A DNA stretch of 64,000 bases from Octopus bimaculoides (lineage: Eukaryota), in contig NC_069000.1 in NCBI RefSeq assembly GCF_001194135.2, positions 15,938,037 through 16,002,036 of the forward strand, written 5' to 3'. A program made the translations under genes and the position numbers. Below the pieces are notes generated by a model. That model was given only the letters and a program-made list of their open reading frames with translations. It made no database searches and was not told the origin of the DNA. Below, piece by piece: positions 49,597-62,189 of this stretch. Numbering within the stretch: position 1 is the first letter of the stretch; every line of letters starts with the position of its first letter.

Positions 49597-52500
49597 GTAT
49601 TTATGTGTTTACTAATGTTTCTACTATATATAATTTTGAAAATTCTTTTTACCATGTGTGTATGTATACATATATACATACATACAAATATATATATATA
49701 TATANNNNNNNNNNNNNNNNNNNNNNNNNNNNNNNNNNNNNNNNNNNNNNNNNNNNNNNNNNNNNNNNNNNNNNNNNNNNNNNNNNNNNNNNNNNNNNNN
49801 NNNNNNNNNNNNNNNNNNNNNNNNNNNNNNNNNNNNNNNNNNNNNNNNNNNNNNNNNNNNNNNNNNNNNNNNNNNNNNNNNNNNNNNNNNNNNNNNNNNN
49901 NNNNNNNTATGTCTCACGCTATGAGGGACTAAGTCTGACCTTAGAGTCCCTCATAGCGTGAGGCATTCTTGTATAGTAATGCCCTTATATAAATAAATAT
50001 ATTTTAGGGAATAAATGATGGATTTTTTTTCCCTTATGAGGTTTTTTTTACGCTAGCTACTTGATAAATTCTTGTAAAAGAATTCGTCCTATTATTGAAT
50101 TTATATATATATATATATGTATATATGTGTGTATACATATAAGCTTAATTTTAAATTAGTAACAATGGTAGAATTAAATTAAAAAAAAAAAAACTTAGGT
50201 TGTCCAGTTAATTTTTTAAAACATTCCTAAATTTTTGTCTATTTTCTTGCGGTCAGCAATTGCCATGAACCAATTCGTTACAAATTCAAATTTATTAACC
50301 TAATCATTGGTTTACTGCCGAGCTAAATCGACCAACAACTGTGTGAAAATACGTTGGTGTTATTTTTTTTCTCCTACCCCGTATTATATTTTCAAATACT
50401 GTTACTCAAATAATTATTTCTTCCGTTTTATCTCTCTCTCTTCTTGAATCTTCCCTCACGTAACGGAAGAGATACACTCATACAGAATAGTTTTTGAGTT
50501 ATTTCCAAGCTTGTTAGTCACTCGATTAGTAACTATTGTGACTGTTTGTACAATAATTATTACTGTATGTGTGAGAGTTCATTGACTTGTTGAGTCGTCA
50601 TCGTCGTCGTGGAGGTGAGCTCGGATTCATCTGAAGAATTTAACCGTTATATAGGTAGCCCTATTAAAAACGATTTTGTTTTTGCTTCGTTACATCTTAT
50701 ATTCGACTATCTATGGGATTTTCTGAAGTAACTGACCAATAGTTCGAAATATCGCTGAAATTGATTCCTGGTTTATCGTTTCCTTATCCCTTCCCCATTA
50801 ATTTCTTCTCGCATCATTTTAAAAGAAGAATTTATTACTTCGGATTTTAACTGGCAGGAGGTGATCTCTGGTTTTATCTCGAGCAACCATCCCTTGTGCG
50901 TTGATCATTCTGGAACACAACCACACATTTTAAATGTCATTTATTGTTTGTAGACTCGCTTTGCTACAAATTTTCTTGTATCTGTAGAGTAGGGGCTTTT
51001 TTTTTTGGCTTTAGATCAAATTCCTTGCATTGGAATTGCTTTGTTCTGTAGTTTAACAAAAGATACAAGAAAACACTTAAACGTGGTAGTTGTATAACAA
51101 ATCAATTTTATTAATATACATGAAATGTTTACTTCCTTATTTAACCTTTTTAATTGTTAATCGGGCTGACCTATATCAAAGGTTTTCGCTTCTGACCATC
51201 CCGTCTTTTTCCGATGTTCAGGCAACTCAGAACCACATTTTCTAAGACGATTTGATGTACTTTTAAGACAGAAAACATTACTACAATGTAAGAAGAACCC
51301 AGACAACAAATAACTACCGGTCCTTAATGGAGGATTAGGTCTAAATTCCCTTTTATCTAGAGCAATGATTCTTAATTCTTCCTTTGACTTATGCCCCCAT
51401 TCGGCTGGAAGTTTTTATCTAAGACTCCCTTACATCTTTGCAAAAACAGATGGATTGATATTTTTTTTTTTGACCCCCTCTCAGAGACGAGAGTAACAAG
51501 TTAAAATTTGGCACTAAAATAAAGATGTCCCGACGCATCTACGTAACGATATGTTTTTACAGTGCACACTTAGGATTACGTAGATGCATCGGGCCCTCTG
51601 TATTGAAGTAGTACCAAAATTTTACTGGAAAAGGATAGGAATTTGGTGGAGGAGGGGGGTAAAATGTAAAAAAAGAAACATTTCTTTTAGCAAAAATACC
51701 TTCTCAGGAAAAACAACCACCCAGTTCCTTTCTCCTTGAAGTAGTGATAATTATTCCGAAAGTCAACGATTAACGGTGAAAATTTACCAAGCTTTGCTTC
51801 CAGGGGTGTTAAACTTATACGAGATGTCAGTCTGTTGAACAGTAGCCACAGTTTAATATTTTGGTTACGAGATAGAGGAGAAATGAAAGTAACTATTTAA
51901 ACCTAGAGTAAAATAAGTGTCAAAGACTCAGTTTGTTAGAAGCTGATCGTCACTAAGCATAGCTCTTACACTGAAGTTCATTCACCGTTTATATAGCACG
52001 AAACTATTAATATAGACTCTGAAAATCAATATACTGCAAAATATTGTAAATTTCCTCAGTAAGTCGCACACGCATTGTATGTTACTCTTTTACTTGTTTC
52101 AGTCATTTGACTGCGGCCATGCTGGAGCACCGCCTTTAGTCGAGCAAATCGACCCCAGGACTTATTCTTTGGATGCCGAGTACTTATTCTATCGGTCTCT
52201 TTTGCCGAACCCCCCAAGTTACGGGGACATAAACACACCGGCATCGGTTGTCAAGCGATGTTGTGGGTACAAACACAGACATACATATACATACATATAT
52301 ATATACGACGGGCTTCTTTCGGTTTCCGTCTACCAAATCCACTCACAAGGCTTTGGTCGGCCTGAGGCTCTAGTAGAAGACACTTGCCCAAGGTGCCACG
52401 CAGTGGAAATGAACCCAGAACCATGTGGTTGGTAAGCAAGCTACTTACCACACAGCCACTCCTGCGCCTGTTAACTACAAACTACTATGTGAACACCTGG

Positions 52501-53105
52501 AAATTACCAAATCAGGCCTGTGTATTGAGCAGGGTTTATATAGTTAAGCTTGGGGAAAAGCCATGAATTTAGAAGTGCATGTAGTCCTTGGAAATGAGAT
52601 GGAGGAGGGTAAAACGTATAGATGAACTCTTGATCAGAAAACTTGAATATCGTTTTTCTTCATCAAAATATGTAAACTCCCTTTTCACCTTGCTCCTATA
52701 AGCAGTGTATGCATATGAAAGTTCTAATAGAACTAGCTTAGCCGAGTCTAAAGAATAATTTCCAGTAGTAGACTTCATTCTTAGATTTTCTCCCTGAGTT
52801 TTAATGTAGATGAAGATGTAGATATATCTTTTATCATTTACTTGTTTCAGTCGTTAGACTGTGGCCATGCTGGGGCACTGCTTTGAATTTTTAGTAAAAT
52901 GACTCGATCGCATAACTTCTTTTTTAAGCCTGGTACTAATTCTATCGGTTTTTCTTTTTGCCAAACCAAGTTACAGGGATGCAATCACACGAACACCAGT
53001 TGTCAAGTGGTGGTGGGGGAATAAGCACTGACACAAAAANNNNNNNNNNNNNNNNNNNNNNNNNNNNNNNNNNNNNNNNNNNNNNNNNNNNNNNNNNNNN
53101 NNNNN

Positions 53106-53146
<41 letters not shown>

Positions 53147-56100
53147 TGGGTTTCTATCAGTGTTTGTCTACCAAATCCAATCAAGGTTTTGGATGGCCTG
53201 AAGCTATATTAGAAGACACTTGCCCAAGGTGCCACGCAGTAGAACTGAACCCGGAACCATATGGTTGGGTAGTAGGTTTCTTACCACACAACCGCACGTG
53301 CAAAAAAATATAGGTGATTGAAGCTATAATGTGGTTGGTAATTGTTGTATTGGTTCATCTGTTACTATGAGATTGCAAATGAAAAATATTCTACTTCAGT
53401 TATACGACTTAGTAAGTCACCTTTTTTTTTTTTAGTTCAAATGCCAACTTTTCCCTTTTATTTAATAGAGTTGATTGGATATAAGAGGTTGATTTAATTG
53501 ACTACTTGTTTCTCTATGGCGCCTTGTTTTTGCAACAGTGGAGTTTGCTTAACCTTTTCGCATTTAAACTGACCATATTAGGCTCAAATGTTCAAACCAG
53601 CCAGATCAGGCCTCTTACACCTACTATACAATGTCATTCTAAAAATAAGTGCATCTTCAAAATCTGGAAGCTATGAGATAATGCATGAACAAATGAGCAT
53701 ACATTTGACAGTAATTGGAATGCTAATGGGTTAATGACAGAAAAGAACATTTTAATGTTAGAATAACTAACTTATTTTCATAACTTCCTTCTTTCTTTTT
53801 CACCCCACAGACTACAGCAAGAACTGATGGTACTTCTGGTAAGTTGCATTCCTGTTTGTTTGAATAATTTTTAGTGAGTATCTAACTGAGGGAAAAAGTG
53901 CATACTGTGCAAAAAGAATGGTAGTTGTCTATCACTTTCTCCTCCAAACTGTATATCCTCTTGTCTTGTAATGGCATTCACCTGGGAGGGGTTAAGCTGG
54001 CTCCTATTGAGTTCACCACATCACGGGTCAGAGCGGTTCATGCACATCTGTTAGTGGCTGATTCTGCAGCGTGTTGAAGCCATTCCCAGTAACAGCGATG
54101 AATGCCAAAGACTCCAGGGTCAGAAACGAGCTTCATATCTACTTTGACTGTTGTGAGCCATGTCTTCAGCTGACCGCTTCTTTGCTTATGCCAACCCAGG
54201 GAAGGATCTGGTACTGTTGCCTTCCAGATGAGTTTGTCATGGGGCGCCACAATGTGACCAAACCACTGTAGTCTCTTCGTCAGAAGAGTTCCCTCAAGAG
54301 GGGAGACCGCAGTGGGTGTAAAGTTGTTGGTTCACAACACAGTCTGAGATAGGCAGTCAGAAACTGTATATCCTGTTCCTTTTGAAATGGCACATCATGT
54401 ACAATTTAAGAACAGTCACTCCTATTGCATCCTCCACTCTTCTCTTACTGTGTCTTGTGCCAAAACCTCATCCCATGCATTTTGCCTGAAAATCTCTTCC
54501 TCTCTACATTTTCTCTCAAAGGTATCAACTTTCAGGAATTCAAACAAAGTTGAATTGTATCAATCTCTACTACAGATAAGAATCTCCAATTATCACGGAC
54601 ATTTCCATCCACCCTGCATCAAAATGTAAAGAAAAGAAATATTGTGTAAGATATTAGGATATATAGTAACTGAATTGTTAGAAATAGAATTAACACTTTA
54701 TTGTCTATATTTATAAGTCTGTGTTTGTTACTTTCTATCTACTGCTATAACCAGAGACTTAACTATGTTTCTTAGGCTGCATTTAGCTTGCTCCTAAAGG
54801 ATCAGTAGCATTCAAATTCAACCTTTTATTTCTGTTCTCTCTGTGATTGTTTATTTACATAGGGGTATGGTTGCTTTAATTCCATAGGGGAGGGTGACAG
54901 GGCTAAAAACAATTACTGTTAATATAAACAAACTTCAAATTCTTAATATTTTACTAGTAATAACTACTTTGTATGTGAAGACAGTAACTTGGTAGTTTCT
55001 TTCCTACAGATATATAACTGTTTAATACTAATTTTATGTATATATGTTTGTGTGTATGTATTAGATTGTCAAAAAATATTGTATTATTCAGAATATTGGC
55101 TAACAATAGCTTGCTCTAACTTCCTTTAATTGCTTTCAAATTTATATCATTGCAGTCTTCTGGTGATAATCGAGTATCAGCATTTCCTGATGGAGATAAC
55201 CTCTTCAAATGGATTGGAACAATAGAAGGTGCTCCTGGAACGGTAATTGAAATATTCAGTGTCATTCATTTTTGTCATGTGTTTTTCCATGCTGGAATAA
55301 ACTAGTAAAGTCTGTGATGTAGTATCAGTGTCCTATTTCGTGTCATCTGTGAAATATATATATACAGGTGCAAGTATTACTGTGTAGTTAAGAAACTCGC
55401 AATCTAACCACATGGTTTTCGGTTCAGTTCCATTGTGCAGCACTTTGGGCAAGTGTCTTTTACTATAGCCCCTGGACCAACTAATGCTTTGTAAATGAAT
55501 TTGGTTGACAGAAACTATGTGGAAGCCCATTGTATATATTTGTGTGTCTTTGTCTCCTACCAGTCACCTGACAACCAGTGTTGGTTTGTTTACATCCCTG
55601 TAACTTAGCAGTTTGAGAAAAGGACCAGACTTAGAATAAGCACTGGGGTCCATTTGTTTGACTGAAGCAGAAAGGTCAAAGATATGGGCACTAATTGTTT
55701 CTTGCCACATTTTTATTGGACTTTGCTTCAGTTTAGCTAAAATTTTTTTCCTTCTCAAATAACAAATTTCTGCATTGTATTTTTGCCTAACTGAACAAAA
55801 TGCATCAACAGTTCTGGTTTATTAATGTAATTGTGCGGATAGCATAATCCTATTAATCTCAGTATACTGGAACTATGGGAACAACCCTAAGAAAGTGGCA
55901 GAATGACTTCAACTCAAATTGCAACCATGAGTTTTTATTGAGATAACTGCTACACCACCAGTATAGCATATCAGCAGCTCTCTTGTAGATTGGCTTGGTA
56001 AAGTAGTGGCAGACATGTCTGGGGCAATACTGGGAATAATTGTATACCATCACTTTTTTGTATGTCAATAAAAAACTGCTTTAAATTCTGTTGAAGATCA

Positions 56101-59029
56101 GGAATTCAAAACTCAAAATAGTTTATCCTGGTTATATGTTGGATTTAAGGAAGCAAGGGCTGCTAAATCCCATCAACGTAGCGGCAGACGAAATACCACT
56201 AGGCATTTCGCCCGGCGTGCTAACAATTCTTCCAGTTTGCCGCCTTAAACAGATGAAATTCTTATTTCTTTACTGCCCACAAGGGGCTACACACAGAGGG
56301 GACAAACAAGGACATACAAACGGATTAAGTCGATTACATCGACTCCAGTGTATAACTGGAACTTATTTAATCGACCCCGAAAGGATGAAAGGCAAAGTCG
56401 ACCTCGGCTGAATTTGAACTCGGACCGTAACGGCTGACGAAATACCGCTAAGCATTTCGCCCGGTGTGCTATCGTTTCTGCCAGCTCGCTGCCTTTCATC
56501 AAACAGATGAAATTCTGTTAAGCTTTTTGCTAGGCATGCTAACAATTCTCCCAGCGTGTTACCTTAGAATTCTTCAAAATATTGATCTGAGGAGGATGGA
56601 AGTTTAGGAAATTGCTAAACATTGTTAAACAATCTTTCATTATTAGACTACGTGTTTGGAAATAATCTGGCACTAACTTGTAGTCTTAATTCAGTTACGA
56701 CACTTGTTGGCCTCGTACTAAGTTGTATTCTTACTTCACAGTTGGGACTTCTATCTGCAAAAGCAATTGATATTGTCCAAAGCAACCTACCCACAATAAC
56801 CGAGAAAGTGTACTTAAAGAAAGTGAGTACTACTTATCAAGAAGCTGCCAAATAAAAATACATACAAATGTATTCTTGCTCCAAATTATAATTTTAACCC
56901 TTTAGCATTCAGATTACTCTGCCAAATGTAACACTTATTTAGTCACATTATTTTGTTAGTCATACATTATCTTGTAGCTTTGAGATTTCAGTAATGTTTA
57001 AAAATGTTTATTTTTAAAATGACATTGTAGAGTAAGTATGAGAGGCCAGATTGGGCTAATTTCAGCATAAAACATGCAGAGTATTTAGCCTGGATTTGGC
57101 TGGTTTAAATGCTAAAGGGTTGAAGGAAAATATTTTTTTCACAAATTAAATTGTTTTTATGAATAAAGAAAAGTACAAGGAAACTTAACTTAGCACAGTT
57201 TGATTCCTAATTAACTATTATGTCCTAATGCTGACTGGTTGGAGATGTTTTATTGCTGTGTTGATGCTGATACAATTTTTTCTCTTTTATATCTCATAAC
57301 TTTTTCCAGGTCTATGATGGATTACGGTTTAAATTAGTTTTGCAATTTCCAAGCGGGTACCCATATCAGGCACCATCAGTTAAGTTTGATACTGGGTGTT
57401 TCCATCCAAATGTTGATGAACGTGGTAATATCTGTTTGGATATACTGAAGGAACAATGGTCAGCGTTATATGATGTGCGAACTATTCTTCTGTCAATTCA
57501 AAGCTTACTTGGAGGTAAATTCTCATCATCATCATCATGTAATTCTACAACTTGTCTTGTTTTAACATGTGAACAGTCATAACCCAATCTCATCTTTACT
57601 AATCACCTCATGCAAAAAGTCAAATTTAGTATACAATCTCATAAATACGATCTTTTACTTGTTAGTGCAGCTATTCTGGGGCACCGTTTTGGAGAAGTTT
57701 ATTCGAATGAATCGATCCCCAGTACTTATCTTTTTTTTACCTTAAGCCTGGTACTTATTGTATTGGTCTCTTTTGTTGAACTGACAAGTTATCCTGACAT
57801 AAACTCACCAACACTGGTTGTCTGTTGGTCGTGGGGAACAAACACGTGCATGCACACAAACGCACACACACACACACACACACGTTAGGCTCCTTTCAAT
57901 TTCTGTGTACCAAATCCACTCATAGGTTATTGGTTGGCCTGAGGCTATAGTAGGAGACACTTGCCAAAGGTGCCATGTAGTGGGACTTAACCTGGAACTA
58001 TGTGGTCGGGAAGCAAGCTTCTTACCACAGAGCCACTCCCGTGCCTAACGATGATGTTCATAATTTCTTCTGGTTTTACCACCTTACATATATAGTACCA
58101 TTACCCACAGAAATTAAGAGCATCTAGAGTTGTGAATTACCAAGATCAGCTGCAGACACGCTCGTGTGGTTTTAGAAGTTTGCTCTCTGACTGTGTGGTT
58201 TAAGGTTCAGTCCTACTGTACAGCATCTTGGGCAAGTGTGGTCAAAATTTCTAGTGCGTACTATATACGAGGTTAAAAATGAAAAATATTTTCTAAGCAA
58301 AATTTTCTAAGTGATAAATATGTAAAGGCAATTTGCTTAATATTTATTTTTCACTGACATTATTACTATTATTTCTTCATTTTCTGCAAACAAAGTGCAC
58401 AAAAAAGCTACACGTTTGCATTATGTTATATATACAATAATAATAAAGGACGTTACCATATATACGTTTACAAACCAAGGACGTTATATAGACCTCCTTG
58501 ACTCAAGTTAGAGAAGGGGTGCATATTATACACAAGGATTAGGTTTTTCAGAGCTACAGCCCCTTAAAAATCCCCTGCATATTATACTCAAGGATTTACG
58601 GTATGTTAAATCAGTGGTTCTCAGCAGGAGCCCTTATAAGATTTGTTAAAATTTATGTGAAATAAATTGGTTATATTTCTAAAATACACAGATTTTAATA
58701 TTTTTTCAATACATTTCCTAATAATAATTTTATTCTAAACATATAAAAGGATTTTTTTAGTCATCAAATGTTTATGAGGGTCCACTTGAGTAAAATAGGA
58801 ATCAAAGGGATGCATAGATAAAATATGGTTGAAAAATACTGCATTAAATAGTTCTGTTATCAAACAATTATCTCTCTCTTTTTTTCTTTTTCTTTTTATT
58901 TCTTTATTTGCAGAACCTAATAACGACAGTCCTTTGAATTCTTATGCTGCTGAACTTTGGTCAGACCAAGAAGCATACAAGAAACATCTACTTGAACATT
59001 ATGCAAAAAATAATAAAAAGAAATTATAA
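49505..59029 (+). CDS. UBE2C: Ubiquitin-conjugating enzyme E2 C (UbcH10/E2-C), 175 aa; exons 49505-49596, 53811-53838, 55156-55242, 57310-57514, 58914-59029
   Basis: N-terminus [30 protein letters not shown] with catalytic Cys codon at 57433-57435; GT-AG exons of 92/28/87/205/116 bp in frame. Confidence 0.98.
52082..52469 (-). mobile_element. SINE family B, full length (further copies 52835-53290 -, 55366-55670 +, 57650-58046 -, 2780-3045 -, 8700-8935 -, 24715-24856 -, 36745-36850 -, 39900-40032 +)
   Basis: Same family at varying divergence. Confidence 0.85.
53811..53838 (+). CDS. UBE2C: UBE2C exon 2 (28 bp, LQQELMVLL)
   Basis: ccccacag acceptor, gtaagt donor. Confidence 0.95.
53990..54330 (-). 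mobile_element. Degenerate RTE-like LINE C-terminal remnant (different subfamily)
   Basis: Minus frame reads [10 protein letters not shown]...[16 protein letters not shown], matching the RLrWfGHv / GRp.ktW motifs. Confidence 0.65.
55156..55242 (+). CDS. UBE2C: UBE2C exon 3
   Basis: ttgcag acceptor; [16 protein letters not shown]; gtaatt donor. Confidence 0.96.
56145..56495 (-). mobile_element. SINE family D, full copy plus partial tandem copy (others 21955-22137, 33000-33170, 36020-36213, 60890-61010)
   Basis: Same family. Confidence 0.85.
56898..57119 (+). mobile_element. piggyBac-like TTAA MITE (copies 1534-1749, ~6402-6600, ~14640-14857, ~39610-39822, 53553-53730)
   Basis: Perfect 12-bp TIR CCCTTTAGCATT; TTAA flanks intact on both sides at 1530/1750 and 53549/53731. 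Confidence 0.8.
57310..57514 (+). CDS. UBE2C: UBE2C exon 4 (catalytic)
   Basis: tttttccag acceptor; [15 protein letters not shown]; gtaaat donor. Confidence 0.97.
58612..58841. mobile_element. hAT (Charlie-like) MITE (partial copy 6067-6283)
   Basis: CAGTGGTTCTC.. / ..GGTTGAAAAATACTG ends; 6/8 match in putative 8-bp TSD. Confidence 0.6.
58914..59029 (+). CDS. UBE2C: UBE2C exon 5
   Basis: tttgcag acceptor; [16 protein letters not shown]...*. Confidence 0.96.
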
Positions 59030-59569
59030 AAACAAAATAGCATATTTAAAAAAAATATATTACCAGAATTGTGAGGTTGAGATTGAAACTGAATAATGTT
59101 TAATTGTTGGCTGTCAAGCTATTCCAAAATTGCTGCTTATGGATTGTTCCATGGAATTATCCCTCTTTCATTCAACATACATTTCTCTTGAATTTCTTTC
59201 ATATTGTTTCTGACTGACCATGTATCAATGTGTATACTTGTTTGTGTAAGTTCTTCCTATACTTTTCTCTCCATCTACATCTCTGACTTTCTGTCTGTCT
59301 CTTGCCCTCTCTATCTCTCTCAACCGCATACACCAAAATTTCAGTGAATTACTGATTTAGAAAAAAAAAAAAAAAGAAACAAAGCATTCTGTTCACTTTC
59401 TTCATGAGGTGTGACTGATGAGACATGATATCTAAGAGGGGAAAAAGACATTGGTGATACTCTTAAATTTATATATTGCTTTTAAATCTCTCTCTCTCTC
59501 TCTCCAACAATTTTTTCAATAATAGTACACAATATTTGTTACACCCTCTGTCAAAAAAGTGTATATATT

Positions 59570-59610
<41 letters not shown>

Positions 59611-60182
59611 GAAACCAACATATTTTGAATCACAAATGCAGACATCTGTCTTTGTTTATGTCAATTCCTGGGATTAATAATACCTGTTACTGTCAAGTGA
59701 AAGCTGTTGGTAATGAAAGGATTTTTCATTTGTATGACAGAGAATGGGATTTATAATGTGATAATGGGCAATCTGTGATTGTTGAGCATTTATCTACATG
59801 TATGAGTGGTTACTGTTATTGTGTTCTATTTCTTACATTAGTTAGCTTACAGCATTTATTATTTTTAATTGCTAACATTTCTTAATCATAAGGTATTTTT
59901 TCTCTCCATATTTTTATTACAATATTGCGGTTCTTTTTTGTGGGGTTTTTTTTATACCTTTCTATACACATCAGATTGCTAATTGATAGAGAAGTCCCAA
60001 TTATAGTAAAATTACTCTCATGCAAATCACTGTATACTTTTTATTTATTCTAACACTTTTAGGTTCTTGGTATTGGGTTAGATAAAGGTCTTTTTCTTCT
60101 ACAAAGTGATAATTTATGATCTATCATTCCATGGACTTCAAAATGGCTCCTTAAATTTTTTTTCCTCTCTCCAGCATGTGTA

Positions 60183-60243
60183 AATAAAATTTTATATTAC
60201 ACACTGTGTATTTGGCATTGAATGACTGAATTTTATAAATAAA
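60183..60243 (+). promoter_or_regulatory. Candidate UBE2C polyadenylation signals
   Basis: AATAAA at 60183-60188 and 60238-60243 after a ~1.15 kb U-rich stretch. Confidence 0.45.
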
Positions 60244-61015
60244 AGAATTTTGTTATATATTTTAACTTTGAATATATTTCTTCTGTTAATGTTTTGAACT
60301 GACGAAAACGAATGTGTTTTTCTGTACAGAATAAACTAAATTGAAATTTTATTCCAAAATTCAGATAATGGTATATGTATGCATTTCTCCAAGTAAGTAC
60401 TTTCTTGTTATACATTCGATGCACTGATGGAGTATGGAATGTCTGAGATATTTGGAGAAGACTTTTCATTCAAATTTGCTTGTGTGAGATATGTTGGGAG
60501 TTGTCTTTGCAGCATCACATAAATGATGCATTTGTCTTTTCTCAAACATACCACAATCTGAACTACTACAAAGCAAACTAGAAATCACTTGAGAAAGAGA
60601 TCACCAAACAGGACTAGTCCCAATGTCTCTCTCCACCTGATATCAACATGAAATTAAAAACTTACACGTCTATAATGCAAGCCATATACTACAATTTTGG
60701 CTCGGACAGAAAGGCCACTATACTTAAAAACAAGATTCTCGGAGAGAAAAGTTCTTATAAGAGGGTGTGTACACGTCAAGTTACTAATGCACTGTAGCTG
60801 TTTTGTAATTCACTCGCATGCATGCCAGCTGATAGAAAGGGATCTAATTTAGTAATATTAACTTGTCACAGAGTTATGTCCCTTACATCAACAGTATTGG
60901 CTTTCTGAAAGGTAAAGTCGACCTCAGCAAAGTTTGAACTCAGACGTAGCGACGGGCGAAATACTGCTAAGCATTTCGTCCAGCGCGCTAACGATTCTGC
61001 CAGCTCATCACGTGC

Positions 61016-61741
61016 CACGAACTGGACGGTCAACCTTAAGAATGAGCAAGTGTTTCCGCTGTGTCGCATCTGCAATAGAGTGGATGAAACCGTTGCCCAT
61101 ATCACGAACGAATGTCCTAGACTTAACTCAAAACCACTGCAAGTTGTGGCGACACGACCAGGTAGCGAAAGTGCTACATTGGAAACCGTGCGAAAAGTGG
61201 GGGATAGAGAGAGGCAAGATGTGGTATGAGCACAGACTACAGAGATTGGCAGAGTCAGAGACTAGCAAAATCCTCTGGGATTTCCCAATCCAAACAGATC
61301 AGGTGCTAGAGCATAATTGACCGGACCTAGTGGTGGTGAACAAGGTGCACCACGTATGCTATATAGTTGATACTGCATGCTCCTTTGACTCACGAATAGG
61401 GAAGAAAGAAGACTACAAGATAGATAGATAGATACAACCCTCTTAAGTACGAAATAGCCCGGCTATGGAAAATGAAGAAGGTGATGATAGTGCCAATTAT
61501 TGTTGGGTTCTTTGGAACAGTATCAGAATGCATCAAGAGGAATATAAAGGAAATTGGAATAGAGGGCCCAGTAGAACTGTAGCAAAAAGTTTGCCTCCTT
61601 GGCGCGGCTAGAATAATCAGCAAAGTATTAAATAGCTGAAAAAAATGAATAGCATGGTACCGTGGGCTGCAGGTAGTAAGCTTGCAATGCATGCAGGAGT
61701 TCCAATAAAACCTGTGATAAAAAGATAATAATAATAATAAT
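61016..61741 (+). mobile_element. 3' fragment of an RLE-type non-LTR retrotransposon (R4/Dong/NeSL-like), pseudogenised
   Basis: CCHC knuckle CRICNRVDETVAHITNEC from 61062, RHD motif, KILWDFPIQTD..PD..D endonuclease motif, stops and frameshifts, (AAT)n tail. Confidence 0.85.
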
Positions 61742-62189
61742 GTGATATAAATAAAATGTCAAATGGTTTGGTGCGTGACTTTTAGCTCACTATGTTGTTA
61801 TTTAATTGTTTAAATGACATCTAATTCAAGCATATTAAATCAGAACAAGATTAAGCAAATGGGAAAGCAGCTTTATTACATTGGAAACTATTATTGTACA
61901 TAATATCCTTCACTGTTCAATTTGTTTAAATAATTTGAAATATATATATATATATATATAAATTGGAATGTGAAGAGATGAAACCAGCTACCATTATTAT
62001 TTAAGGTCCATCTTCCTTGCTGACATTGGTTGGATAGTTTGACAATGTGAAACTGTGGCGTGATATGGCTTTTCGGATGATCTAGAATTCGTTCCATTTT
62101 CACACTTTAAGAACCGTTTAAATCAACTTGGTCCCTTCCCAAAAATTGCTGGCCTTGTGCCAAAAGTTGAAACCATTATCATTATTAGT

